Notes: a model not told the origin generated them from the letters alone. A stretch of DNA of 64,000 bases from Chitinophagales bacterium (GCA_035515235.1 DATJBS010000024.1:1634-65633), one strand, 5' to 3'; shown: positions 17,440-25,602, counted from the first letter of the stretch. A program made the numbers and translations.

Positions 17440-19688
17440 TGAAAAAGCTATCAAAAGAAAATCAGATAAAATTTTACCAAGAAGAGATTAAAAAAATCAT
17501 CGGTGATTACAAATCTTATCTCGATTCTAAATGCATTGATTTAATTAACAAGGTTGAGTTATTTATCGGCAATTTTGAATACGTTGATACTAATAGAAAT
17601 CAAGTCGTTTTCTCTTTTGATAAGGATAAACTACCAAAAACAAAAATTCCACTTACAGCATCCAAGCCAATTTCTTCCGATATTTTGGGTTCCGATTTCA
17701 AGAGTATCACTTACAATACTTACAGAAATAAATTTGTAAAAGGTTATACAGAGTGTTATGGCGTCTATTACCAAGAGTTAAACGGTAAGTACAAAGTGGG
17801 TTTTAGTAATTTTGAAATTGAGTTTTTAAATTCATTAGCTATTGGTGATAAAATAGTTTTTGGAATTTCCGATCCTCCATTGAAATACTATTTCAACTTA
17901 ATTCAATTAACCAAGAATGAAGTAAATTCTAAAGTAGTCGATGCTGTCCTCTTCAGTAACTACCATTTAAATGATTTTAAACCAATACATATAGATAATT
18001 CTTTAGAACTAATAGATAAGTATAAAACCAATTTACACAGCAGTGATACAATCATTATTCAAGGTCCTCCTGGTACGGGAAAAACGTTCTTTATTTCAAG
18101 ACTACTTTCTTTGCTTTCGGAAGAAAAGAAATCAGTAATGGTAGCCACTTTGGCAAATAGATCACTTATTGAGCTTGCAAAAAAGTATTTTGAAATTAAG
18201 TATGCTAAGAAGGGTGTTGTCTTTAAATCGAATTTAACATTAGAAGAAACCAAAGAAGTAAAGGAATTGAAACCTATACCTAAGGACTTTCTTCCATCAG
18301 TAGGCAACATTTTGTTAACCACTTTTTATAAAATGACAGGAGTAGCCGCAGAAAATATAACGACTCCAATTTATGATTATATTATTTTAGAAGAAGCCAG
18401 TCAGTGCTTTTTAGGGACTATTGCAGCCGCAAGATTACTTGGTAAGAAAGTAATCTTGGTAGGTGACCCACTTCAATTGCCTCCAATTGTGAACCAAGAA
18501 AATCCAAGTAAAATATCAGTTGATATTGATTTAATACAGGAGTCATTTACTTTCTATGCTTCTACAATTAATTGCCCAAAATTCAGATTAACAACAACCT
18601 ACAGGTTTTCAGAGAATGCCTGTTTGCAGACAAATACGTTTTATGAAAACAGCCTAAAATCAAAATCAGATATTCAAAAAGGCAATGAGATATTTTCAAA
18701 AATACCTACCCTTTACAACAACAAAGGCGGCAGCTCATTATTCTATTACGATTCAACAAATTTGAGAAGTATTTATGACTTGCTTTTAGCTCAGATAAAT
18801 GCCTTGCTTCAAATAAACCCCAAGTTTGAAATTGCGATTTTATCTTCTACAAAGAAAGGTGTGAAATTGTTAAGAGATAATTTACTTCATAAATTCAATG
18901 ATAAACAAGACCAAATTCTGATTAATACAGTCGATAGCGTTCAAGGCTTGACAATTGACTTCTGCTTTTATTTTGCGTTTTCTGATGGCAGTCCTACGTT
19001 TTCATTCAAACTAAACCGGTTCAATGTGGCAACAAGCAGAGCAAGATTTTGTACATTGATTCTATTAGATGAAGTTTACAAAGTGGTTCAGCCCTACAAA
19101 GGTTTGGTAGCCGAATTTATCTCAAAGTGTGATTTAAATAATGATACTTCTGTTCTCAAAATTATAGAAGCAGCCAGCAACAGTGATTCCACACTGCCTA
19201 AAACACCAGGATTAAAAGTTATAGACAGGGTAGACCTATCCAAGTTTGAAAAGCCTAAGAAGGAAATCATCAAAGGCAAGGAAAATATTTACATCATTGA
19301 TACCAATGTATTTGTAGACTGCCCTGAAATAATTTCCAAAATTGATACTAAATACAGTATAGTCCTTTCTGCCAAAGTAATCGATGAGTTGGACTACCTT
19401 AAAATCTCTTTAACCGAAGAACAGAAACGAAATGTTCAGAAGGCATTAAGGCTAATAAACGAGAGTATTGATAAGCGTGGCATTAAAATGGAAACAGCTG
19501 ATCTAAACTTATTACCCAATGACTTCAACAAAAAATCACCTGACAATTTTATCCTATCAGTTGCCCTAAAATTCAAAGGTGAAAACCCCATAATGCTCAC
19601 ATCTGATAATGGCTTGCAGATAAAAACCAAAGGATTAGGTGTAACCACAATTACGCTAAAGGAGTTTTTGAATCAAAGGAAGTATTAA
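17439..19688 (+). CDS. SF1 (Upf1/DNA2-like, AAA_11/AAA_12) helicase fused to a C-terminal PhoH/YlaK-type PIN nuclease domain
   Basis: IIQGPPGTGKTF (Walker A, nt ~18061), ILEEASQ (II), VGDPLQLPPI, TTTYRF, TVDSVQGLTIDF, NVATSRAR. PIN motifs: IYIIDTNVFVD (nt ~19286), VIDELDYLK, SPDNFILSVAL, MLTSDNGLQIK. The ATG overlaps the upstream stop (TAATG). Confidence 0.85.
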   Translation: MKKLSKENQIKFYQEEIKKIIGDYKSYLDSKCIDLINKVELFIGNFEYVDTNRNQVVFSFDKDKLPKTKIPLTASKPISSDILGSDFKSITYNTYRNKFVKGYTECYGVYYQELNGKYKVGFSNFEIEFLNSLAIGDKIVFGISDPPLKYYFNLIQLTKNEVNSKVVDAVLFSNYHLNDFKPIHIDNSLELIDKYKTNLHSSDTIIIQGPPGTGKTFFISRLLSLLSEEKKSVMVATLANRSLIELAKKYFEIKYAKKGVVFKSNLTLEETKEVKELKPIPKDFLPSVGNILLTTFYKMTGVAAENITTPIYDYIILEEASQCFLGTIAAARLLGKKVILVGDPLQLPPIVNQENPSKISVDIDLIQESFTFYASTINCPKFRLTTTYRFSENACLQTNTFYENSLKSKSDIQKGNEIFSKIPTLYNNKGGSSLFYYDSTNLRSIYDLLLAQINALLQINPKFEIAILSSTKKGVKLLRDNLLHKFNDKQDQILINTVDSVQGLTIDFCFYFAFSDGSPTFSFKLNRFNVATSRARFCTLILLDEVYKVVQPYKGLVAEFISKCDLNNDTSVLKIIEAASNSDSTLPKTPGLKVIDRVDLSKFEKPKKEIIKGKENIYIIDTNVFVDCPEIISKIDTKYSIVLSAKVIDELDYLKISLTEEQKRNVQKALRLINESIDKRGIKMETADLNLLPNDFNKKSPDNFILSVALKFKGENPIMLTSDNGLQIKTKGLGVTTITLKEFLNQRKY

Positions 19689-19703
19689 AAGCAAAAAATT
19701 TTG

Positions 19704-20246
19704 TCATTCAAAATTTATTTCAATTGAATTTCTTCTAATCATAGTTGCCAATTCCTGTCTAATGGTAGTTCTTAATTTATTGAATTTACTTAATGTTACC
19801 TCATAATTTTCTTTTGTAACTACTTCATAATTAACCCAAATTCTAAAAACACAATGAGGATACATACAACAGAGTGGATCGTGTATTAGCTGCATTGTGC
19901 AATTATTGCTATTGCCATTTTTTATTTCTTGAAAATATTTTATGTATTGATTATTCTCATTTAAACTTTTTATCTCCAAAATACAAACAACCTTTCCAGT
20001 ATATTTTTCTAACTCATCTTCAGGTATAATATTAAACAAAACATCATCCATCTCTGAAATGATATTTCCACAGTTACTACCTAAATTATTTGAAATATCA
20101 CGCAACGAAATCGACTGAAAAGGATTTTCTATTTCATTAGGGTTACATCTTCTAAATATCAAATCTCCAATTCGAAACTCCAAAAAGACTGGTTTCTCGT
20201 TCCAATGTAATGATCCATGTATGTAATTTAGTGTACAATCCGGCAT
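19704..20246 (-). CDS. hypothetical protein (180 aa, Cys-containing HDPLCCMYPHC segment)
   Basis: Third gene of a tightly packed minus-strand operon, 6 nt after the upstream stop. Converges on the helicase-PIN gene with a 15-bp spacer. Confidence 0.5.
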   Translation of the reverse strand: MPDCTLNYIHGSLHWNEKPVFLEFRIGDLIFRRCNPNEIENPFQSISLRDISNNLGSNCGNIISEMDDVLFNIIPEDELEKYTGKVVCILEIKSLNENNQYIKYFQEIKNGNSNNCTMQLIHDPLCCMYPHCVFRIWVNYEVVTKENYEVTLSKFNKLRTTIRQELATMIRRNSIEINFE

Positions 20247-20252
20247 TAAATA

Positions 20253-20705
20253 CTATGAAAGAAAGTTTAACACAATTGATTCAAAATCACATCCATCAAT
20301 GGTATAAAATTCTAATAAATTACCTTTCTGGTTGCCAATAAACGAAAAAGCAAAATCATTTTCTGGATGCAGAATAATATTAACAAGCCCCTTTTCTGAT
20401 TCTCTAAATAGTAATAAGTCTCCATCATCGTTAAGAGAATGCTTAAAGCTCTTTAATCTATGAGGATCTATAATTAACCTAACTTTATTAAGCTGATTGA
20501 TTATTTCAGAAAGAACGGAAATCTGCCACTGTGTTAGTGTGTCATAATCATTAGTAATTTGATTATATATTTCTTCAACTTCTTCAATTAAGGGATTAGC
20601 AAAAGTTGTGTTTTCTTGTTCAAACATTTCTTTATAAAAATCACCTGCAAACTCAGACTGAACTAATGTTTGTTTAAATGCAATAATTTCCATTGAGTTG
20701 TTCAT
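20253..20705 (-). CDS. hypothetical protein (150 aa, acidic)
   Basis: 4-bp overlap (ATGA) with the upstream 234-aa gene. No recognisable motif. Confidence 0.5.
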   Translation of the reverse strand: MNNSMEIIAFKQTLVQSEFAGDFYKEMFEQENTTFANPLIEEVEEIYNQITNDYDTLTQWQISVLSEIINQLNKVRLIIDPHRLKSFKHSLNDDGDLLLFRESEKGLVNIILHPENDFAFSFIGNQKGNLLEFYTIDGCDFESIVLNFLS

Positions 20706-21406
20706 AAATTATATTTGTTTTTGGTTTTTTCTGTAATGCACTCTTGGAAGATACTGTTTTTAAGTTCTCTCATATCTCCAAATGCATCACTGATATTTTC
20801 ATAATATTTCCCTTCAATTCTTCTATTAAGATTAATATCCAAAATTATTCCTTCTTTTTTATTGTCTTTTCCTTTTGTAACTGCAATTGTAGCTTCAGTT
20901 TTTGGATCGTTTACTAATGTATATTTTATAGAAGTAAAACTTTGCTTTACTTCTGTAAACGGACTTTCAGTCCAAATGTTTACAAAGTCTTTGATTTGTT
21001 CATCTTTGTCAATATCTATAAAGTTTAAATATCTTAAAGAAACATTTGTAACAATCAATTGTCCAGTGCATATTTGAAACTTCTCCCAATAAGAATTTAG
21101 CTCTAATATAAGTTCCACGTATGATTTGTACTCCTTAGTTTTGTGAAATGCCAATAAACCAACTTTGGCTTGTAAAATTCTATTGTAAGGCTCGTCGCAT
21201 TTTAAAACATACCCTGATTTCTGCACATTAGTTACTGGAGGGGTGCCATCAGAAGTTGCTTTCAAATTAGCATTATATCCAGGTCTAATAACAGGAAAAG
21301 CTTTCTTTATTTCATCAATTTCAACAAAATTTTGAAGGCAATCTAACTTTATGTTTTCTGCAAACGAGATACTGAATATTATTTCCTTGATTGGATTTGA
21401 TGACAT
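20702..21406 (-). CDS. hypothetical protein, TIGR04255-like
   Basis: N-terminal PIKEIIFSISFAENI and central VSLRYLNFIDI resemble the remembered TIGR04255 signature (N-terminal beta strand, then R-x-G-LRY-x-N). First gene of the minus-strand trio. Confidence 0.45.
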   Translation of the reverse strand: MSSNPIKEIIFSISFAENIKLDCLQNFVEIDEIKKAFPVIRPGYNANLKATSDGTPPVTNVQKSGYVLKCDEPYNRILQAKVGLLAFHKTKEYKSYVELILELNSYWEKFQICTGQLIVTNVSLRYLNFIDIDKDEQIKDFVNIWTESPFTEVKQSFTSIKYTLVNDPKTEATIAVTKGKDNKKEGIILDINLNRRIEGKYYENISDAFGDMRELKNSIFQECITEKTKNKYNL

Positions 21407-22682
21407 AATTCTTAATAGTCTATCTTAAGTGAAAATTTATTCGAGAGCTTGTACTATACAAATCTAACAATATAATCTAATTTTATTAAGTTTTGATTTT
21501 TATAATGAAACTGAAAGGGTATTATATTTACTACATTAATTACTGATGCCAAACATGTCTTATGCACTCCCATCGCACAATGCCAATGCTTCAGTGCATT
21601 TATGGTACTGCGCCATTTTTAAACTGTCATACTTTTTGTGTGGTCTGTTTCCCACGCTTTACAGCACATTGCTTTTTTGTTTAAAGCATTTAATTTTTTA
21701 GAGGTAAAACTAAAAAAGCAAAGAGTTGTTGCCAACCCTCCACAGCCCAAACAAAAAGCCGCTACATTCCAACCACCACCACCATTTCGCTTATGCCAGT
21801 ATTAAAAATGTCGGAAGCTAAGTTACATAATGTGCCATTATGTGTTCGCTACGCATAGACCCTGCCTTACTGATGCAAGCATCCCCACCCAAGGGCTATC
21901 ACATAATGACATTATGTAAAATAGCCAGTACCATAACCGATTCATGAAAACTATCCCCACTCACAAAAGCCTTACTGATATTTTCATGTATCGGAAGCCG
22001 TAAAATCGTTACGGACATTTACCCATTACTCCCCACCACCCTTTTCAGAGGTGCAGAAAAAATAAACTATCATATTTTATTCGGCTTTAAGCAGCTGCTA
22101 TTCCATTTCATTACATAGCACCAACTACAGCCTATATTGCAAGCAAGAGTATTGCCTTCTCTACATTCCACGAACCCTCTCTTTATTTCATTACGCAATC
22201 TGTATGCTTGACGTAATAGACTTGAACTTTGCAGAAATGTAAAGTTTGCAAAGTTTGCATTCTTGCAAAAGCATACAAGACTGCTTCATTCCATGCCCAT
22301 ACATTCGTTCCATTCCGTTCAGTCAGCACACTTGCTACCCTCAAGCCCTAGGCACATTATTGATATAGTTTATTTTTCTGATGTGTCACCCCATTTATGC
22401 AGATTTCATTATTTCTAATTTAGAATAAAAGTTAGGACAGATAGGACAGAATAATATCAAAAAGAATAAAAAAGGAAGCAAATGTAGGTGGTTAAAGATG
22501 GTCTGAAAAGGTCAAGCCCTACGGGTTTTGAAAAAAATCTCCACCCTTTCGGGTAGTATTTTTCTCAAAAACCTTGTCAGCCCACTTCTTACCACCATTT
22601 GAAAGGCTTTCTTTTTTTTTCGTTTTTTTCTTTGACATTTTATTGTCGAGGGGGATTTCGGAAGCCAACTAAATCCTTTCAA
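21407..22682. other. ~1.28 kb ORF-free divergent intergenic region, C-rich/G-poor on the + strand, dense in palindromes and short repeats (candidate ncRNA, origin/oriT-like or operator array)
   Basis: No track ORF lies within 21407-22511. The only track ORFs touching the region are at its right edge (a 75-aa minus-strand ORF at 22512-22739 and the TTG-extended 22599 ORF), and I reject both. C-runs at 21769-21786, 21881-21890 and 22031-22041. Palindromes ACATAATG-N-CATTATGT at 21825-21843 and 21901-21917. Hairpin at 21998-22014. 9-bp arms at 22201-22209 and 22269-22277. Tandem AAGTTTGCA x2 at 22242-22259. Tandem TAGGACAGA at 22433-22449. T9 and T7 tracts at 22612-22629. Confidence 0.5.
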
Positions 22683-23108
22683 ATGGCAAAATTCTCTCTT
22701 AAAACTTACAGTCCAGCAACTAAAACCGAAATGTTGCAATTTTTTATTTTAAACAAAGGGAAAAACAGCGGAAAACCACTTTCCGAGCCTTGCCCGAATT
22801 GCTTTGTTTTAACCGCCAAAAGCGAAGAAGATAAGCAGTTTTTTTACTCACTTTGTTTCGGCTTATGGAAGGCAAAATCCTTTGAATATTTCTTAAAAGG
22901 TTCTGTTATCCCATTCATTACCATTGGCGATTGTAAACAAGCCATCAATAACGGATTAGAGCAAGCCAAAACCGATTTAAAAGGCTTCAATAGGTCAGTA
23001 AAGGCATTAGAAATTTTAGAGCAGCAAGAGAAAAAATACAAAGAAACTTTGCTCCTTATCAATGATGCAAAGAGGGCTATTTTTTACCGTTACATCAAAA
23101 GGAGGTAA
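22683..23108 (+). CDS. hypothetical protein (141 aa); weak resemblance to a single target-recognition domain plus helix of type I HsdS
   Basis: The track ORF starts at a TTG at 22599, but the ATG at 22683 (MAKFSLKTY) is more plausible. NKGKNSGKP...FFYSLCFGLWKAKSFEYFLKGSVIPFITIGDCKQ, followed by a helical tail, recalls the HsdS TRD layout. Low confidence. Confidence 0.4.
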   Translation: MAKFSLKTYSPATKTEMLQFFILNKGKNSGKPLSEPCPNCFVLTAKSEEDKQFFYSLCFGLWKAKSFEYFLKGSVIPFITIGDCKQAINNGLEQAKTDLKGFNRSVKALEILEQQEKKYKETLLLINDAKRAIFYRYIKRR

Positions 23109-23191
23109 AAAACCTTTCCTATGGTTGTCTTATGGTTTAGGTACACTTATTTAAACCATATTTAACCATTATAGGAAAAAAGGTGCAAACG

Positions 23192-23224
23192 AAAAAAGCC
23201 CACTCGATTTGAGCAGGCTTTCCC
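23192..23224. terminator. bidirectional rho-independent terminator between convergent genes
   Basis: AAAAAAGCC-CACTCGATTTGAGCA-GGCTTT: an A-run, an interrupted stem (AAGCC/GGCTT plus CTC/GAG), then a T-rich tail. Confidence 0.55.
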
Positions 23225-23259
23225 GATTTTCCGAAATCATCTAATTCACTGATGAAAAA

Positions 23260-24063
23260 TTAGAATATCTTGGCTACTTTCATCGCATTTCCTTGTGAAA
23301 ATAAATAGTAGTTTGAGTTCACTTCTTGATAAAATTCTACTGCCAACAAATTCACAACCGACACATCTGCAGAAATAGTTGGAGAACCTGATAAAGTACT
23401 TACAACACTTATTAAACCAGTTGAAGCATTTACAGATAAATAACCTGAATCTTGCACGTCAGTTAAGCCATTTGTAGTGCTGTCTTTTGGTTCATAAACT
23501 TTTGTAGTACTGTTATATTCAAAGTCAGACAAAACTGCAATTGCATTAATGATTTTGAAGTGTGTAGCACCAGCAGGAATATACATTCTATCCAAAGGAT
23601 TAAAAGATGGAATGTCCAGAGTTGAACTATCTCTTGCAACAGTTGGAGTAATAGTGTAAGGAGCGTTAAAAGCGCCATTAAAAGAAGTGAATTTGTTAAA
23701 TTCAAATCCTTCTAAATACTGTGGGGCAACTGTTATCAAAATTGCTCTTTGCCCTCTTGCTTCAGAACCATCTTCCAAATTGATTTTTTTCATTATTGCA
23801 GTTATCCTTCCTGTAACTTGGCTATCGCCATTATTACGGATTAATCCTGCAATACTTGTTCTTAGTGATTTTCCTGTAATTGCACTTCCCCCAAATTCGT
23901 TCATATTTTCACGAGTACGAACAAATGCTGGATCTGATGAAATTTGTTCTGCAGATGGACCACCTTTTAAACCTGCAAAGTCGCCTTGGAGTCCTTTAAT
24001 TTTGAAATGTCTTACACCGCCCATTGTTCCGGAGTAGCGAACGAGACCTGTTTGTCTAGCCAT
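23260..24063 (-). CDS. hypothetical protein (267 aa), conserved-looking, no family recognised
   Basis: Clean ORF starting MARQTGLVRYSGTMGGVRHFKIKG. The + strand shadow ORF at 23687-24037 is rejected. Confidence 0.55.
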   Translation of the reverse strand: MARQTGLVRYSGTMGGVRHFKIKGLQGDFAGLKGGPSAEQISSDPAFVRTRENMNEFGGSAITGKSLRTSIAGLIRNNGDSQVTGRITAIMKKINLEDGSEARGQRAILITVAPQYLEGFEFNKFTSFNGAFNAPYTITPTVARDSSTLDIPSFNPLDRMYIPAGATHFKIINAIAVLSDFEYNSTTKVYEPKDSTTNGLTDVQDSGYLSVNASTGLISVVSTLSGSPTISADVSVVNLLAVEFYQEVNSNYYLFSQGNAMKVAKIF

Positions 24064-24142
24064 AATGATATGTTTAAAGATTAAAAATTAATGTAAATTT
24101 ACAACGTAATCAATTGTAAATCAATTAGATGAATAATGCATT

Positions 24143-24637
24143 ATGAAGCAATTCGAAGTAAAGTGTCAGATTGTAGTAAAAACCAACTATGAAATAGTTA
24201 AAGTGGTTGATGGTGACGGAATTATTGCAAAGAATATTATTTCTAATAAACAGGAAGAAATACGTTTATATGGCATAGATGCACCAGAGTTAACACCTTG
24301 TAAAAAACTAAAACAGGATGAAAGAGAAACAAATTTATCAGGTCGCTTTTTGATGGAGCTTGCACACCAGTCTTATGAATATTTAAGAATTCAGGCAAAG
24401 ATTGGGATGCGGATTACATTAGTTCAAGAAGTAGGTAAGGAGCAAGACTTGTACGGAAGAACATTGGCTTATGTAGTATTACCTAACGGTAATAATTTAA
24501 ATGAAATAATGGTAGAGAGTGGCTTTGCAAAGCCATATGATAAACTTTATTGCTCCCAACTACCAAAGTATCAAGAACTCAATTTGAGTGCTAAAACAAG
24601 GAAAAAAGGATTATATTTGCTTGTAGATAGGTTCTAA
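24143..24637 (+). CDS. thermonuclease (staphylococcal nuclease/SNase-like)
   Basis: VVDGDGI, IRLYGIDAPE and LYGRTLAYV are the classical SNase motifs. Confidence 0.75.
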   Translation: MKQFEVKCQIVVKTNYEIVKVVDGDGIIAKNIISNKQEEIRLYGIDAPELTPCKKLKQDERETNLSGRFLMELAHQSYEYLRIQAKIGMRITLVQEVGKEQDLYGRTLAYVVLPNGNNLNEIMVESGFAKPYDKLYCSQLPKYQELNLSAKTRKKGLYLLVDRF

Positions 24638-25105
24638 AAAACAAGGCATTTTCTCTTATTTGCCATCAATTTTACAGATTTTGTTGCCTATTTGTTGCCC
24701 AATTTGCATAACTATTTGATTATCAACTTAAGTTACTTTTTGTATCGGAAAGTAAAATTGGATTAATGATTCACGATTGTAAGATTAAATGTTTTGCTAT
24801 TTTGTCCATTGTCTAAATTATAAACTAACTATATCAAAACTTTTAAATGATTCAGATAAATCAGAAACAATTGAAATGTAAATTGACTTAAGATTTTAAG
24901 CCGATTCTATATAATCAAAAGATAAATTTTTGAAAGCTCGTGTTTAGAGTTTACTGTCTGATACGGTTTTTTTGATTTTTAAAACATACGTCCTTGGAAG
25001 AATAATACTGTCTAATGTTATTATGGTTTCCTAACTCTTCGAATTGATTTTCTCTGAATTCCATACATCTACTTTAATATAATGTTATCACAAATCAATT
25101 TTCTT

Positions 25106-25127
25106 AATTGGAGTAGTATATCCAATT
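25106..25127. promoter_or_regulatory. palindrome AATTGGA-N8-TCCAATT upstream of the Rrf2 gene (possible operator)
   Basis: 7-bp inverted arms about 40 bp upstream of the ATG at 25168. Rrf2 regulators commonly autoregulate through dyad sites. A functional role is purely inferred. Confidence 0.2.
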
Positions 25128-25167
25128 ATAATGTATTAATATTGCGCCATAACATTCGTTAACATTC

Positions 25168-25602
25168 ATGTTATCTAAATCTTGTCAGTACGCCATTAGA
25201 ACTTTATTGTTCATTTGCTCTAGAAGTGAAGACCATCCTCGTGTAAGATTGCAAGAGATATCTGAGGCATTAGATTCGCCGCCTGCATTTACTTCTAAAA
25301 TATTACAACATCTTGTCTCTGCAAAATTGATTCAATCCAAAAAAGGAGCGAATGGTGGTTTTGAAATGGGAGAAGCAGGATGTTCACATATTACCTTGGG
25401 TCAGATTGTAGAAATTATAGAAGGTCATTCTCTGACTGCAGGTTGTATTTTAGGATTATCTGAGTGTGACGAAAAAAATCCTTGTCCGGTACATCACATC
25501 TATTTTCCCATAAAAGTGAACTTAAATTCAAAACTTATGAATATAACCCTAAGCGAAATTTTAAATGACCCAAATCTTCTTAACATTAATTTAAAAACGT
25601 AA
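25168..25602 (+). CDS. Rrf2 family transcriptional regulator (NsrR-like by context)
   Basis: MLSKSCQYAIRTLLFI is a typical Rrf2 N-terminal wHTH. Cys cluster CILGLSECDEKNPCP. Lies upstream of the nor genes. Confidence 0.8.
   Translation: MLSKSCQYAIRTLLFICSRSEDHPRVRLQEISEALDSPPAFTSKILQHLVSAKLIQSKKGANGGFEMGEAGCSHITLGQIVEIIEGHSLTAGCILGLSECDEKNPCPVHHIYFPIKVNLNSKLMNITLSEILNDPNLLNINLKT

Noticed and set aside
22512-22739. 75-aa minus-strand ORF and the TTG-extended 169-aa version (22599) of the + strand gene.
   Set aside because: Both run through the poly-T/poly-A tracts, giving KKRKKKK or FFSFFS translations. The ATG at 22683 gives a sensible protein start, so the extension and the antisense ORF are treated as artefacts.
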